NCBI GenBank assembly: GCA_040954595.2
Contig: CM082590.2
Coordinates: forward strand, 2,418,001-2,482,000
Reading direction: 5' to 3'
DNA: 64,000 bases
From: Balanoglossus misakiensis
Taxonomy: Eukaryota > Animalia > Hemichordata
The notes under the pieces were generated by a model. It was not told the origin of the DNA, made no database searches, and was given only the letters and a program-made list of their open reading frames with translations. Made by a program: the position numbers and the translations under genes. Of this stretch, positions 45,001-55,372 are shown piece by piece. How positions within the stretch are numbered: position 1 is the first letter of the stretch; each line of letters begins with the position of its first letter.

Positions 45001-48000
45001 GGCCTATGCGCATAAGAGACTTTTCCACCAGACTCTGTAGATCGACGGATAGTTGTAAAATTTCCATGGTTGTTTCCAAACAGCCTCGTTTATTTACCGA
45101 ATTCTGTTGTGATGCGTAGAACACATACATATGCCTATGCGCATAAGAAAGTTTTCCACTAGACTCCGTAGATCGACGGATAGTTCTAAAATTTCCATGG
45201 TTGCTTCCAAACAAAGCATCGTTTGTTTACAAAATTCTGTTGTGATGCGCAGAACACATAGAGAGGCCTATGCGCATATGAACGTTTTCCACTAGACTCT
45301 GTATATCGACGGATAGTTCTAAAATTTCCATGGTTGCTTCCAAACACATCCTCGTTTGTTTACAAAATTCTGTTGTGATGCGCATAATACATAGATAGGC
45401 CTATGCGCATAAGAACGTTTTCCACTAGACTCTGTAGATCGACGGATAGTTCTAAAATTTCCATGGTTGCTTCCAAACAGCCTCGTTTATTTACCGAATT
45501 CTCTTGTGAGGCGCAGAACACGTAATAGGCCTATGCGCATAAGAAACTTTTCCACCAGACTCGGTAGATCGACAGACAGTTGTAAAATTTCCATGGTTGT
45601 TTCCAAACAGCCTCGTTTATTTACCGAATTCTGTTGTGATGCGTAGAACACATACATATGCCTATGCGCATAAGAAATTTTTCCACTAGACTCCGTAGAT
45701 CGACGGATAGTTCTAAAATTTCCATGGTTGCTTCCAAACAAAGCATCGTTTGTTTACAAAATTCTGTTGTGATGCGCAGAACACATAGAGAGGCCTATGC
45801 GCATATGAACGTTTTCCACTAGACTCTGTATATCGACGGATAGTTCTAAAATTTCCATGGTTGCTTCCAAACACATCCTCGTTTGTTTACAAAATTCTGT
45901 TGTGATGCGCATAATACATAGATAGGCCTATGCGCATAAGAACGTTTTCCACTAGACTCTGTAGATCGACGGATAGTTCTAAAATTTCCATGGTTGCTTC
46001 CAAACAGCCTCGTTTATTTACCGAATTCTCTTGTGAGGCGCAGAACACGTAATAGGCCTATGCGCATAAGAAACTTTTCCACCAGACTCTGTAGATCGAC
46101 AGACAGTTGTAAAATTTCCATGGTTGTTTCCAAACAGCCTCGTTTATTTACCGAATTCTGTTGTGATGCGTAGAACACATACATATGCCTATGCGCATAA
46201 GAAATTTTTCCACTAGACTCCGTAGATCGACGGATAGTTCTAAAATTTCCATGGTTGCTTCCAAACAAAGCATCGTTTGTATACAAAATTCTGTTGTGAT
46301 GCGCAGAACAAATAGAGAGGCCTATGCGCATAAGAACGTTTTCCACTAGACTCTGTATATCGACGGATAGTTCTAAAATTTCCATGGTTGCTTCCAAGCA
46401 CATCCTCGTTTGTTTACAAAATTATGTTGTGATGCACAGAACACATAGATAGGCCTATGCGCATTGGAAAGTTTTCCACTAGACTCCGTAGATCGACGGA
46501 TAGTTCTAAAATTTCCATGGTTGCTTCCAAACACATCCTCGTTTGTTTACAAAATTCTGTTGTGATGCGCAGAACACATAGATAGGCCTATGCGCATCGG
46601 AAAGTTTTCCACTAGACTCCGTAGATGGACGGATAGTTCTAAAATTTCCATGGTTGCTTCCAAACACATCCTCGTTTGTTTACAAAAATCTGTTGTGATG
46701 CGCAGAACACATAGATAGGCCTATGTGCATATGAACGTTTTCCACTATACTCCGTAGATCGACGGATAGTTCTAAAATTTCCATGGTTGCTTCCAAACAG
46801 CCTCGTTTATTTACCGAATTCTGTTGTGAGACGCAGAACACATACATATGCCTATGCGCATAAGAAATTTTTCCACTAGACTCCGTAGATCGACGTATAG
46901 TTGTAAAATTTACTTTGTTGCTTCCAAATACAGCCTCGTTTATTTAGATAGGCCTATGCGCATAAGAACGTTTTCCACTAGACTCTGTAGATCGACGGAT
47001 AGTTCTAAAATTTCCATGGTTGCTTCCAAACAGCCTCGTTTATTTACCGAATTCTGTTGTGAGGCGCAGAACACGTAATAGGCCTATGCGCATAAGAAAC
47101 TTTTCCACCAGACTCTGTAGATCGACGGATAGTTGTAAAATTTCCATGGTTGTTTCCAAACAGCCTCGTTTATTTACCGAATTCTGTTGTGATGCGTAGA
47201 ACACATACATATGCCTATGCGCATAAGAAATTTTTCCACTAGACTCCGTAGATCGACGGATAGTTCTAAAATTTCCATGATTGCTTCCAAACAAAGCATC
47301 GTTTGTTTACAAAATTCTGTTGTGATGCGCAGAACACATAGAGAGGCCTATGCGCATAAGAACGTTTTCCACTAGACTCTGTATATCGACGGATAGTTCT
47401 AAAATTTCCATGGTTGCTTCCAAACACATCCTCGTTTGTTTACAAAATTCTGTTGTGATGCGCATAATACATAGATAGGCCTATGCGCATAAGAACGTTT
47501 TCCACTAGACTCTGTAGATCGACGGATAGTTCTAAAATTTCCATGGTTGCTTCCAAACAGCCTCGTTTATTTACCGAATTCTGTTGTGAGGCGCAGAACA
47601 CGTAATAGGCCTATGCGCATAAGAAACTTTTCCACCAGACTCTGTAGATCGACGGACAGTTGTAAAATTTCCATGGTTGTTTCCAAACAGCCTCGTTTAT
47701 TTACCGAATTATGTTGTGATGCGTAGAACACATACATATGCCTATGCGCATAAGAAATTTTTCCACTAGACTCCGTAGATCGACGGATAGTTCTAAAATT
47801 TCCATGGTTGCTTCCAAACAAAGCATCGTTTGTTTACAAAATTCTGTTGTGATGCGCAGAACACATAGAGAGGCCTATGCGCATAAGAACGTTTTCCACT
47901 AGACTCTGTATATCGACGGATAGTTCTAAAATTTCCATGGTTGCTTCCAAACACATCCTCGTTTGTTTACAAAATTCTGTTGTGATGCGCAGAACACATA

Positions 48001-51000
48001 GATAGGCCTATGCGCATTGGAAATTTTTCCACTAGACTCCGTAGATCGACGGATAGTTCTAAAATTTCCATGGTTGCTTCCAAACACATCCTCGTTTGTT
48101 TACCGAATTCTGTTGTGAGGCGCAGAACACGTAATAGGCCTATGCGCATAAGAAACTTTTCCACCAGACTCTGTAGATCGACGGACAGTTATAAAATGTC
48201 CATGGTTGTTTCCAAACAGCCTCGTTTATTTACAGAATTATGTTGTGATGCGTAGAACACATACATATGCCTATGCGCATAAGAAATTTTTCCACTAGAC
48301 TCCGTAGATCGACGGATAGTTCTAAAATTTCCATGGTTGCTTCCAAACAAAGCATCGTGTGTTTACAAAATTCTGTTGTGATGCGCAGAACACATAGTCA
48401 TAGAGAGGCCTATGCGCATAAGAACGTTTTCCACTAGACTCTGTATATCGACGGATAGTTCTAAAATTTCCATGGTTGCTTCCAAGCACATCCTCGTTTG
48501 TTTACAAAATTATGTTGTGATGCACAGAACACATAGATAGGCCTATGCGCATTGGAAAGTTTTCCACTAGACTCCGTAGATCGACGGATAGTTCTAAAAT
48601 TTCCATGGTTGCTTCCAAACACATCCTCGTTTGTTTACAAAATTCTGTTGTGATGCGCAGAACACATAGATAGGCCTATGCGCATCGGAAAGTTTTCCAC
48701 TAGACTCCGTAGATGGACGGATAGTTCTAAAATTTCCATGGTTGCTTCCAAACACATCCTCGTTTGTTTACAAAAATCTGTTGTGATGCGCAGAACACAT
48801 AGATAGGCCTATGTGCATATGAACGTTTTCCACTATACTCCGTAGATCGACGGATAGTTCTAAAATTTCCATGGTTGCTTCCAAACAGCCTCGTTTATTT
48901 ACCGAATTCTGTTGTGAGACGCAGAACACATACATATGCCTATGCGCATAAGAAATTTTTCCACTAGACTCCGTAGATCGACGTATAGTTGTAAAATTTA
49001 CTTTGTTGCTTCCAAATACAGCCTCGTTTATTTAGATAGGCCTATGCGCATAAGAACGTTTTCCACTAGACTCTGTAGATCGACGGATAGTTCTAAAATT
49101 TCCATGGTTGCTTCCAAACAGCCTCGTTTATTTACCGAATTCTGTTGTGAGGCGCAGAACACGTAATAGGCCTATGCGCATAAGAAACTTTTCCACCAGA
49201 CTCTGTAGATCGACGGATAGTTGTAAAATTTCCATGGTTGTTTCCAAACAGCCTCGTTTATTTACCGAATTCTGTTGTGATGCGTAGAACACATACATAT
49301 GCCTATGCGCATAAGAAATTTTTCCACTAGACTCCGTAGATCGACGGATAGTTCTAAAATTTCCATGATTGCTTCCAAACAAAGCATCGTTTGTTTACAA
49401 AATTCTGTTGTGACGCGCAGAACACATAGAGAGGCCTATGCGCATAAGAACGTTTTCCACTAGACTCTGTATATCGACGGATAGTTCTAAAATTTCCATG
49501 GTTGCTTCCAAACACATCCTCGTTTGTTTACAAAATTCTGTTGTGATGCGCATAATACATAGATAGGCCTATGCGCATAAGAACGTTTTCCACTAGACTC
49601 TGTAGATCGACGGATAGTTCTAAAATTTCCATGGTTGCTTCCAAACAGCCTCGTTTATTTACCGAATTCTGTTGTGAGGCGCAGAACACGTAATAGGCCT
49701 ATGCGCATAAGAAACTTTTCCACCAGACTCTGTAGATCGACGGACAGTTGTAAAATTTCCATGGTTGTTTCCAAACAGCCTCGTTTATTTACCGAATTAT
49801 GTTGTGATGCGTAGAACACATACATATGCCTATGCGCATAAGAAATTTTTCCACTAGACTCCGTAGATCGACGGATAGTTCTAAAATTTCCATGGTTGCT
49901 TCCAAACAAAGCATCGTTTGTTTACAAAATTCTGTTGTGATGCGCAGAACACATAGAGAGGCCTATGCGCATAAGAACGTTTTCCACTAGACTCTGTATA
50001 TCGACGGATAGTTCTAAAATTTCCATGGTTGCTTCCAAACACATCCTCGTTTGTTTACAAAATTCTGTTGTGATGCGCAGAACACATAGATAGGCCTATG
50101 CGCATTGGAAATTTTTCCACTAGACTCCGTAGATCGACGGATAGTTCTAAAATTTCCATGGTTGCTTCCAAACACATCCTCGTTTGTTTACCGAATTCTG
50201 TTGTGAGGCGCAGAACACGTAATAGGCCTATGCGCATAAGAAACTTTTCCACCAGACTCTGTAGATCGACGGACAGTTGTAAAATGTCCATGGTTGTTTC
50301 CAAACAGCCTCGTTTATTTACAGAATTATGTTGTGATGCGTAGAACACATACATATGCCTATGCGCATAAGAAATTTTTCCACTAGACTCCGTAGATCGA
50401 CGGATAGTTCTAAAATTTCCATGGTTGCTTCCAAACAAAGCATCGTGTGTTTACAAAATTCTGTTGTGATGCGCAGAACACATAGTCATAGAGAGGCCTA
50501 TGCGCATAAGAACGTTTTCCACTAGACTCTGTAGATCGACGGATAGTTCTAAAATTTCCATGGTTGCTTCCAAACACATCCTCGTTTGTTTACAAAATTC
50601 TGTTGTGATGCGCAGAACACATAGATAGGCCTATGCGCATTGGAAAGTTTTCCACTAGACTCCGTAGATCGACGGATAGTTCTAAAATTTCCATGGTTGC
50701 TTCCAAACACATCCTCGTTTGTTTACAAAAATCTGTTGTGATGCGCAGAACACATAGATAGGCCTATGCGCATATGAACGTTTTCCACTAGACTCTGTAT
50801 ATCGACGGATAGTTCTAAAATTTCCATGGTTGCTTCCAAACACATCCTCGTTTGTTTACAAAATTCTGTTGTGATGCGCAGAACACATAGATAGGCCTAT
50901 GCGCATTGGAAAGTTTTCCACTAGACTCCGTAGATCGACGGATAGTTCTAAAATTTCCATGGTTGCTTCCAAACACATCCTCGTTTGTTTACAAAAATCT

Positions 51001-51104
51001 TTTGTGATGCGCAGAACACATTGATAGGCCTATGCGCATATGAACGTTTTCCACTATACTCTGTAGATCGACGGATAGTTCTAAAATTTCCGTGGTTGCT
51101 TCCA
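1..51104. repeat. Satellite DNA array, ~131-bp monomer (variants 130-135 bp), about 390 head-to-tail copies, continuing beyond the left edge of the window
   Basis: Approximate consensus CCATGGTTGCTTCCAAACAGCCTCGTTTATTTACCGAATTCTGTTGTGAGGCGCAGAACACATAGATAGGCCTATGCGCATAAGAACGTTTTCCACTAGACTCTGTAGATCGACGGATAGTTCTAAAATTT recurs in one orientation with no spacers or insertions seen. It ends abruptly at ...CGTGGTTGCTTCCA|GTCTAATT (51104). Confidence 0.98.
43775..50560. repeat. Satellite sub-domain built mainly on a 527-bp 4-monomer higher-order repeat
   Basis: Homologous spurious ORFs recur every 527 bp (43775/44302, 44960/45487/46014, 47040/47567, 49128/49655). The same period is seen at 29600/30127/30654. 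The four monomer types carry CGTAATAGG, GCGTAGAACACATACATATG, CATAGAGAGG and CATAATACATAG markers. Confidence 0.85.
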
Positions 51105-51514
51105 GTCTAATTAATTCAGATAAAAAGAATTGACACATTATGATGTAAATATTTATAAAAGTAGTAATAATGTAAGAGATAACCATAATTCAAAATTCAT
51201 TAAATTCTAATGTAATTTTAAAGTTTTGTTTTAAATTTTTCATGAAAAAAATAAGCATATCAAGTGACATGTTTAATAGTGAAAAAAACCTGAATGTCAC
51301 AAAATCAACAATCATCTAAAGAAATTAACACTGATTCCTCTTTTCCATCACACTGTATCAAAAACTCCTACCAAAAGTACAGTATTATTTAAACCACAAA
51401 TAAGAAAAATCTCCTTATTATGACTTGTCAGATTATTAGGTGACAGACAGGAGTTGGCAGATGCTGGAGGCCGGGAGAAAATCATCCTATCTTATCTGCT
51501 CCAGATCGCTTTGA

Positions 51515-51943
51515 ATATTCTCCTAATCCTGATGTACATGTATCAGATCAATCTTGTATGTTACTAATTGAACAATTTGTTCTTCGGTATAACAGAACCA
51601 GTTGAATACTCAAAGTCATGCAAAGGGTAAGACAATATCTCTTCTCCAGAAAGTCAAGGGTTCTTGAGAATATTCCTTCTACACAGGCAGCTCTAAAAGA
51701 ACATGTGCTATGAGAAACCTAGCAAAGCTATATCAAACCAACAGAATCCCATTGGAAATCAAGTTGGAAAACTCTTAGTCAAGCCCAAGAAAAGAGTCAA
51801 CCTCAGGAAATCAGTTGTAAAAAGTAATGCACATGTTCCTGTAGGTGCTTTAGGTCTAGTCTGACAGCAGTGCTCTTTGTTACTGTAAAGGAGAATGTCA
51901 TCAAGATTGATCTGATACATGTACATCAGAATTAGGATAATAT
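51515..51943. repeat. 42-bp inverted repeat pair (51515-51556 and 51902-51943)
   Basis: ATATTCTCCTAATCCTGATGTACATGTATCAGATCAATCTTG versus CAAGATTGATCTGATACATGTACATCAGAATTAGGATAATAT; 40 of 42 positions are complementary. Confidence 0.9.
51558..51898 (+). pseudogene. Decayed C-terminal fragment of an Academ-type (XPG-like plus Cys-rich CXC) transposon protein
   Basis: Manual translation gives MLLIEQFVLRYNRTS*ILKVMQRVRQYLFSRKSRVLENIPSTQAALKEHVL*, then WKSSWKTLSQAQ, then CKK*CTCSCRCFRSSLT/SALCYCKGEC. This resembles the PPTxxALxxH ... WxxxW ... Cys8 C-terminus of AcademX proteins. It contains several stops and frameshifts. Confidence 0.6.
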
Positions 51944-52055
51944 ACAGAGGAATGTATGGAAGCAAGTATGTTTTACAACCCATATTCCTGTTTCTGAGTG
52001 TTACAATTGACCAAAAAGTGCCAATAATGGGAGAAAAGTGTGAATGCCAGTTTCT

Positions 52056-52287
52056 GGCCGCTATTTTGGGATCCATATTGGAAAATGTCCGCCATGGGTC
52101 AATGAATAATTGTACCAAATTTCATGCTTTTAACCCAAAGTGCACGATTTTAAAGTTTGAATATCTGTTTCTGGTCACTAGAGGGCTGTGTCATTTTAGA
52201 TCCATATCAGAAAATGGCCGCCATAAGTGTACCAAGTTTCATGCTTTTAACCCAAATTGCACGATTTTTGGGTTAACTGCCCCACTA
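52056..52287 (+). mobile_element. Right terminus and subterminal repeats of an Academ-like DNA transposon
   Basis: Ends ...GGGTTAACTGCCCCACTA (TAGTGGGGCAGTTAAC on the minus strand; Academ termini are TAG...CTA). Two direct copies of TGTACCAARTTTCATGCTTTTAACCCAAA(G/T)TGCACGATTTT (~52111 and ~52228), each preceded by GATCCATAT..GAAAATG.CCGCCAT. It lies just downstream of the Academ-like coding remnant. Confidence 0.6.
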
Positions 52288-52905
52288 CAAGGAGAAGTGC
52301 AGACTGAAATGCAGTGATTGTCAATGTTGTAAATGTATGTGTTGTTGTTGTTTGTTAAAATGTCAGGTTTTTGTAGAATTGATGTTTAACAACTTAGCTA
52401 CTTTGCATGTTAAGCAAGGAGTACACTCAGTCATGTGTAGTATGGTAGTTTAAGCTTAGCTTCATTGAGATGTCATGTCTGGAGAACATTCACTGAGTTT
52501 GAATATTTGCTTGTAGTTTTTAGTCATCCAAGAACTTAGTCTGAGGTTGCCAACCTGTCTATCAGATGTGAAGTTAATACCTTAAATAATTACAATGACA
52601 TTGTTCATTTCTCCTGTATGTGTAAAAATCACATGTAATTTATTCAAAAGCTGACTACAAATCACATAGCACAATGCTCATTCAAAACAAGATATAATTT
52701 TTAAGTTTTAAGTTATAAGGTTTATTTAGTAGAGCATGTTTTGTACATTACATTATTTTTCCAGTTTTGATTGGAAAAACTGCATGAAAATACGTGTTCA
52801 CCGAGTTGCAATGACAGTATTACAGTACATCCATATCATTCCTAATTTTATGTGAGAAAACACTGTTGTTGGTATAAGTCAGAAACTGACATGAAACTGA
52901 ATACA

Positions 52906-54396
52906 TATAACTCTTCTTTTTTTTTTTTTTTTTTCATTTCAAAAATACAGGACAAAAACAAAAAAGTCGACAAAGACAAGAAAAAGAAAGAAACCACAAA
53001 AAGAACACTAATCAACGAACAAGTTGACAAAAGCTCCCCATTTTTCTAGATGTATCCCCTGTCTATCATTTGTAGTGGCTACATTATCTTCTATTTTATA
53101 AATAGATTTCACATATGATTTAAACTGAAGCATGTTTGGCAAAACATTCGGCACTTTACATTTAAAAATATAAGAACGTCCAATCAAAAGAATGAAATTT
53201 GCAAGTTGACTACCCCCCTCATCTATATTACCCAGAATACAGTACATTGCACTTAACCTTAGTGTTTTAAGTGTAACAGTAAAAAACACTCTTTCACTGA
53301 AATCCAAAACTGACTAGTATAAATACAATCCCAAAAAAGATGGTAATAATCCTCTACAACATCTTTACAAAAAATACAAAGTGGGGAGTCAATTATTCGC
53401 CATTTGTAAAGCATGCGGTTTGAAGGCAAGATCTTCATTATTAGTTTGTACTGAAAATTCCAAAGCTTAATATCATTTGTTAATTTGAAAGGAAGCGAAA
53501 ACACAGTTTTTAAGGAAAATACTTCATCAAATACATCGTACCAATAACGTATTATGTGTGGAGAAAGCTCCTGTGGTGTTTGTAAATTCAGAACAAAAGT
53601 GTACATCTCTCTATTGAGTTTTTTACCAGACAAACAATTGGGATTTCGAAAATTAGGCTTACATACCAGTAGTTTGGATGAGTGTGAATTCTGTACAATA
53701 TTTTTCCAATCAAGTGGTATTGCACATAATAACTGAAATTGTGTACAAATATTACCATATATTGTAGTAAACTGCTCATAATTATAAAACTTACAATTAG
53801 CATCGATAAGATCATTAATAAAAATAACACCATTCCTTGAAAAGTTATTCCACAATATTGGCTTATCACTAATTCGTATCTCAGAATTATTGCAAATTAG
53901 TTCTTGGCATACATCGTCTTTATCAGATACTGTAGTGGTATTATACTGCAGCCATGCTGAATAAATTTGTCTTAAGAAAACAGAATTAATGGGGTTCAAA
54001 ATATGAAAATCATCTTTTTTTAAATTGGCATAATACACTTGGGGCCCACTAAAACTGGAAAGAACAAATTTATACAATTTACTACAAAATAAACTATTGT
54101 TTCACATGATCCTCAAAAACCAGGCTGTCTTTAGCGTCAAATTAAAGGCAGGCAAATTTGTCAAATTGAGACCCCCATTTACATATTAATTGTAGATGGT
54201 ATTCCTCTTAATCTTGTCTCGCTTACCACCCCACAAAAAATTGAAAACTAAAGTTTCATACTTTTTAAAGAAGTCATTACCAGGAGATGGTAGAGACATG
54301 AAAAGATGAGTAAACTGTGAATTGACCAAGGATTTTATAATTGTTACTTTCCCATAAAAAGTGAGCCCCCTACCCTGCCATGTATAACTCTTCTTT
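52906..54396 (-). mobile_element. 5'-truncated L1/Tx1-clade non-LTR retrotransposon (~1.46 kb) with poly(A) tail and 14-bp target-site duplication
   Basis: T18 run at 52917-52934 is poly(A) on the minus strand. Direct repeat TATAACTCTTCTTT at 52906-52919 and 54383-54396. ORF2 homology ends exactly at the right-hand repeat. Confidence 0.9.
53008..54382 (-). pseudogene. LINE ORF2 C-terminal part (post-RT region and zf-RVT CCHC), disrupted
   Basis: TWQGRGLTFYGKVTIIKSL...FNFLWGGKRDKIKR...GGLNL...LKTAWFLR, then FQYKL...LPSNRMLYKW...CIFC...EDYYHLFWDC...FW, then YIFKCK...KIE...EKW. In-frame stops at 54186-54188 and 54102-54104; frameshift near 53300. Confidence 0.88.
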
Positions 54397-54704
54397 ACAC
54401 TAGTAATTTCTCACAATATTATAATGTGACTATACCATTGTTATTTGTATTTGATGTACCTGTTCCCAATTGTGAAAAAATAACACTTAGTATACAGTAA
54501 ATATGAACAAGTTGTTTGGTTTATAGGGAGGAACCAAGTTCGATTTCCTCAAAAAGGCAAAGAAGCCAATTAAAACAGCGCACCAAACTGTTAAAGGGAC
54601 AAAGTCTCTCTCTTTTTGCCTCCAAACTCCATTAAATACTTACTTCAAATCCATTATTATGACATATAATGACCACACATTGCTTGAAGAATACCCTGAA
54701 CTAC

Positions 54705-55372
54705 GTTTTCGCCGTTTAGGCTAAAGACTGGATTTCTGCCTGGCCGTGCGCGCGATTTCGACCGACCGCCATGTTGACCTCCCGCGAAGTGAAAAACTAC
54801 GCATATTGCGGTTGCGTCACAATGTCAACACACACATGTGCTTCAGTCAATGACCTGGTCACGTACGTTCATGACCCTGGATCACAACAATGGAATGCGA
54901 GGTAAGTACATATACGAATACTTATAGAATTCTGTAAACTAGAGAAAATTAGTAGAGAATGTTTTTTTATGAATGACATTGACATTGACAATGATAAAGA
55001 AGGTAAACTTTACGATGTCAGATGGAGATGCCGGTGATTTACCGTACATCGCGACGTTCATTTGTTTGTTTTGATTCTTGTTTTCACGTTCCGGGATTTA
55101 TCTAAATTTTCGCTGAGTATTTACGGTTTCTTTAGACCGCTTTCTTGTTCCACGGTGCACTGATTTCTATTTCAAATATGACGTGATCACCAGTTGTAAA
55201 CTCCTAACGAAAATACACGTAAGCATAAGTACGAGTAGACGCCGGGTTGCACTGGGGTTGCACTACGGTGACATCGACAGCTGGCAGCTAGCTGTAGATG
55301 CCGTAATGTACATGAACTAGACCGGATGCCGATCGGCCCCTATCGAGTACTCATTATCATCTGCTCACGCGC
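54705..55372 (+). promoter_or_regulatory. CpG-rich putative promoter and first-exon region of the KolX gene
   Basis: CpG density is visibly higher than in the neighbouring non-satellite DNA. YY1-type CCGCCATGTT at ~54767 and CRE/E-box-like TGCGTCAC and CACGTACG upstream of the ATG at 54890. Function is inferred. Confidence 0.45.
54890..54901 (+). CDS. KolX exon 1 (MECE)
   Basis: ACAACAATGG start context, then GAG|GTAAGT consensus donor at 54902; phase 0 fits exon 2. Confidence 0.6.

Noticed and set aside
1-51104. CRISPR-like array
   Set aside because: No unique spacers, the whole unit repeats, there are no cas genes and the context is eukaryotic.
1-51104. Tandem 5S rRNA, tRNA or hammerhead-ribozyme satellite
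   Set aside because: No recognisable 5S or tRNA sequence or Pol III boxes, and no CTGANGA hammerhead core seen on either strand of the consensus. An Infernal/Rfam scan would be the formal test.
55-51186. Numerous 60-141 aa ORFs in the repeat array
   Set aside because: They are chance open frames of a 130-135 bp monomer, broken by indels on both strands, with no recognisable domain. They are useful only as periodicity markers.
51759-52317. ORFs 51759..52118 (-) and 51919..52317 (+)
   Set aside because: They run through transposon subterminal repeats and inverted repeats and show no coding signature.
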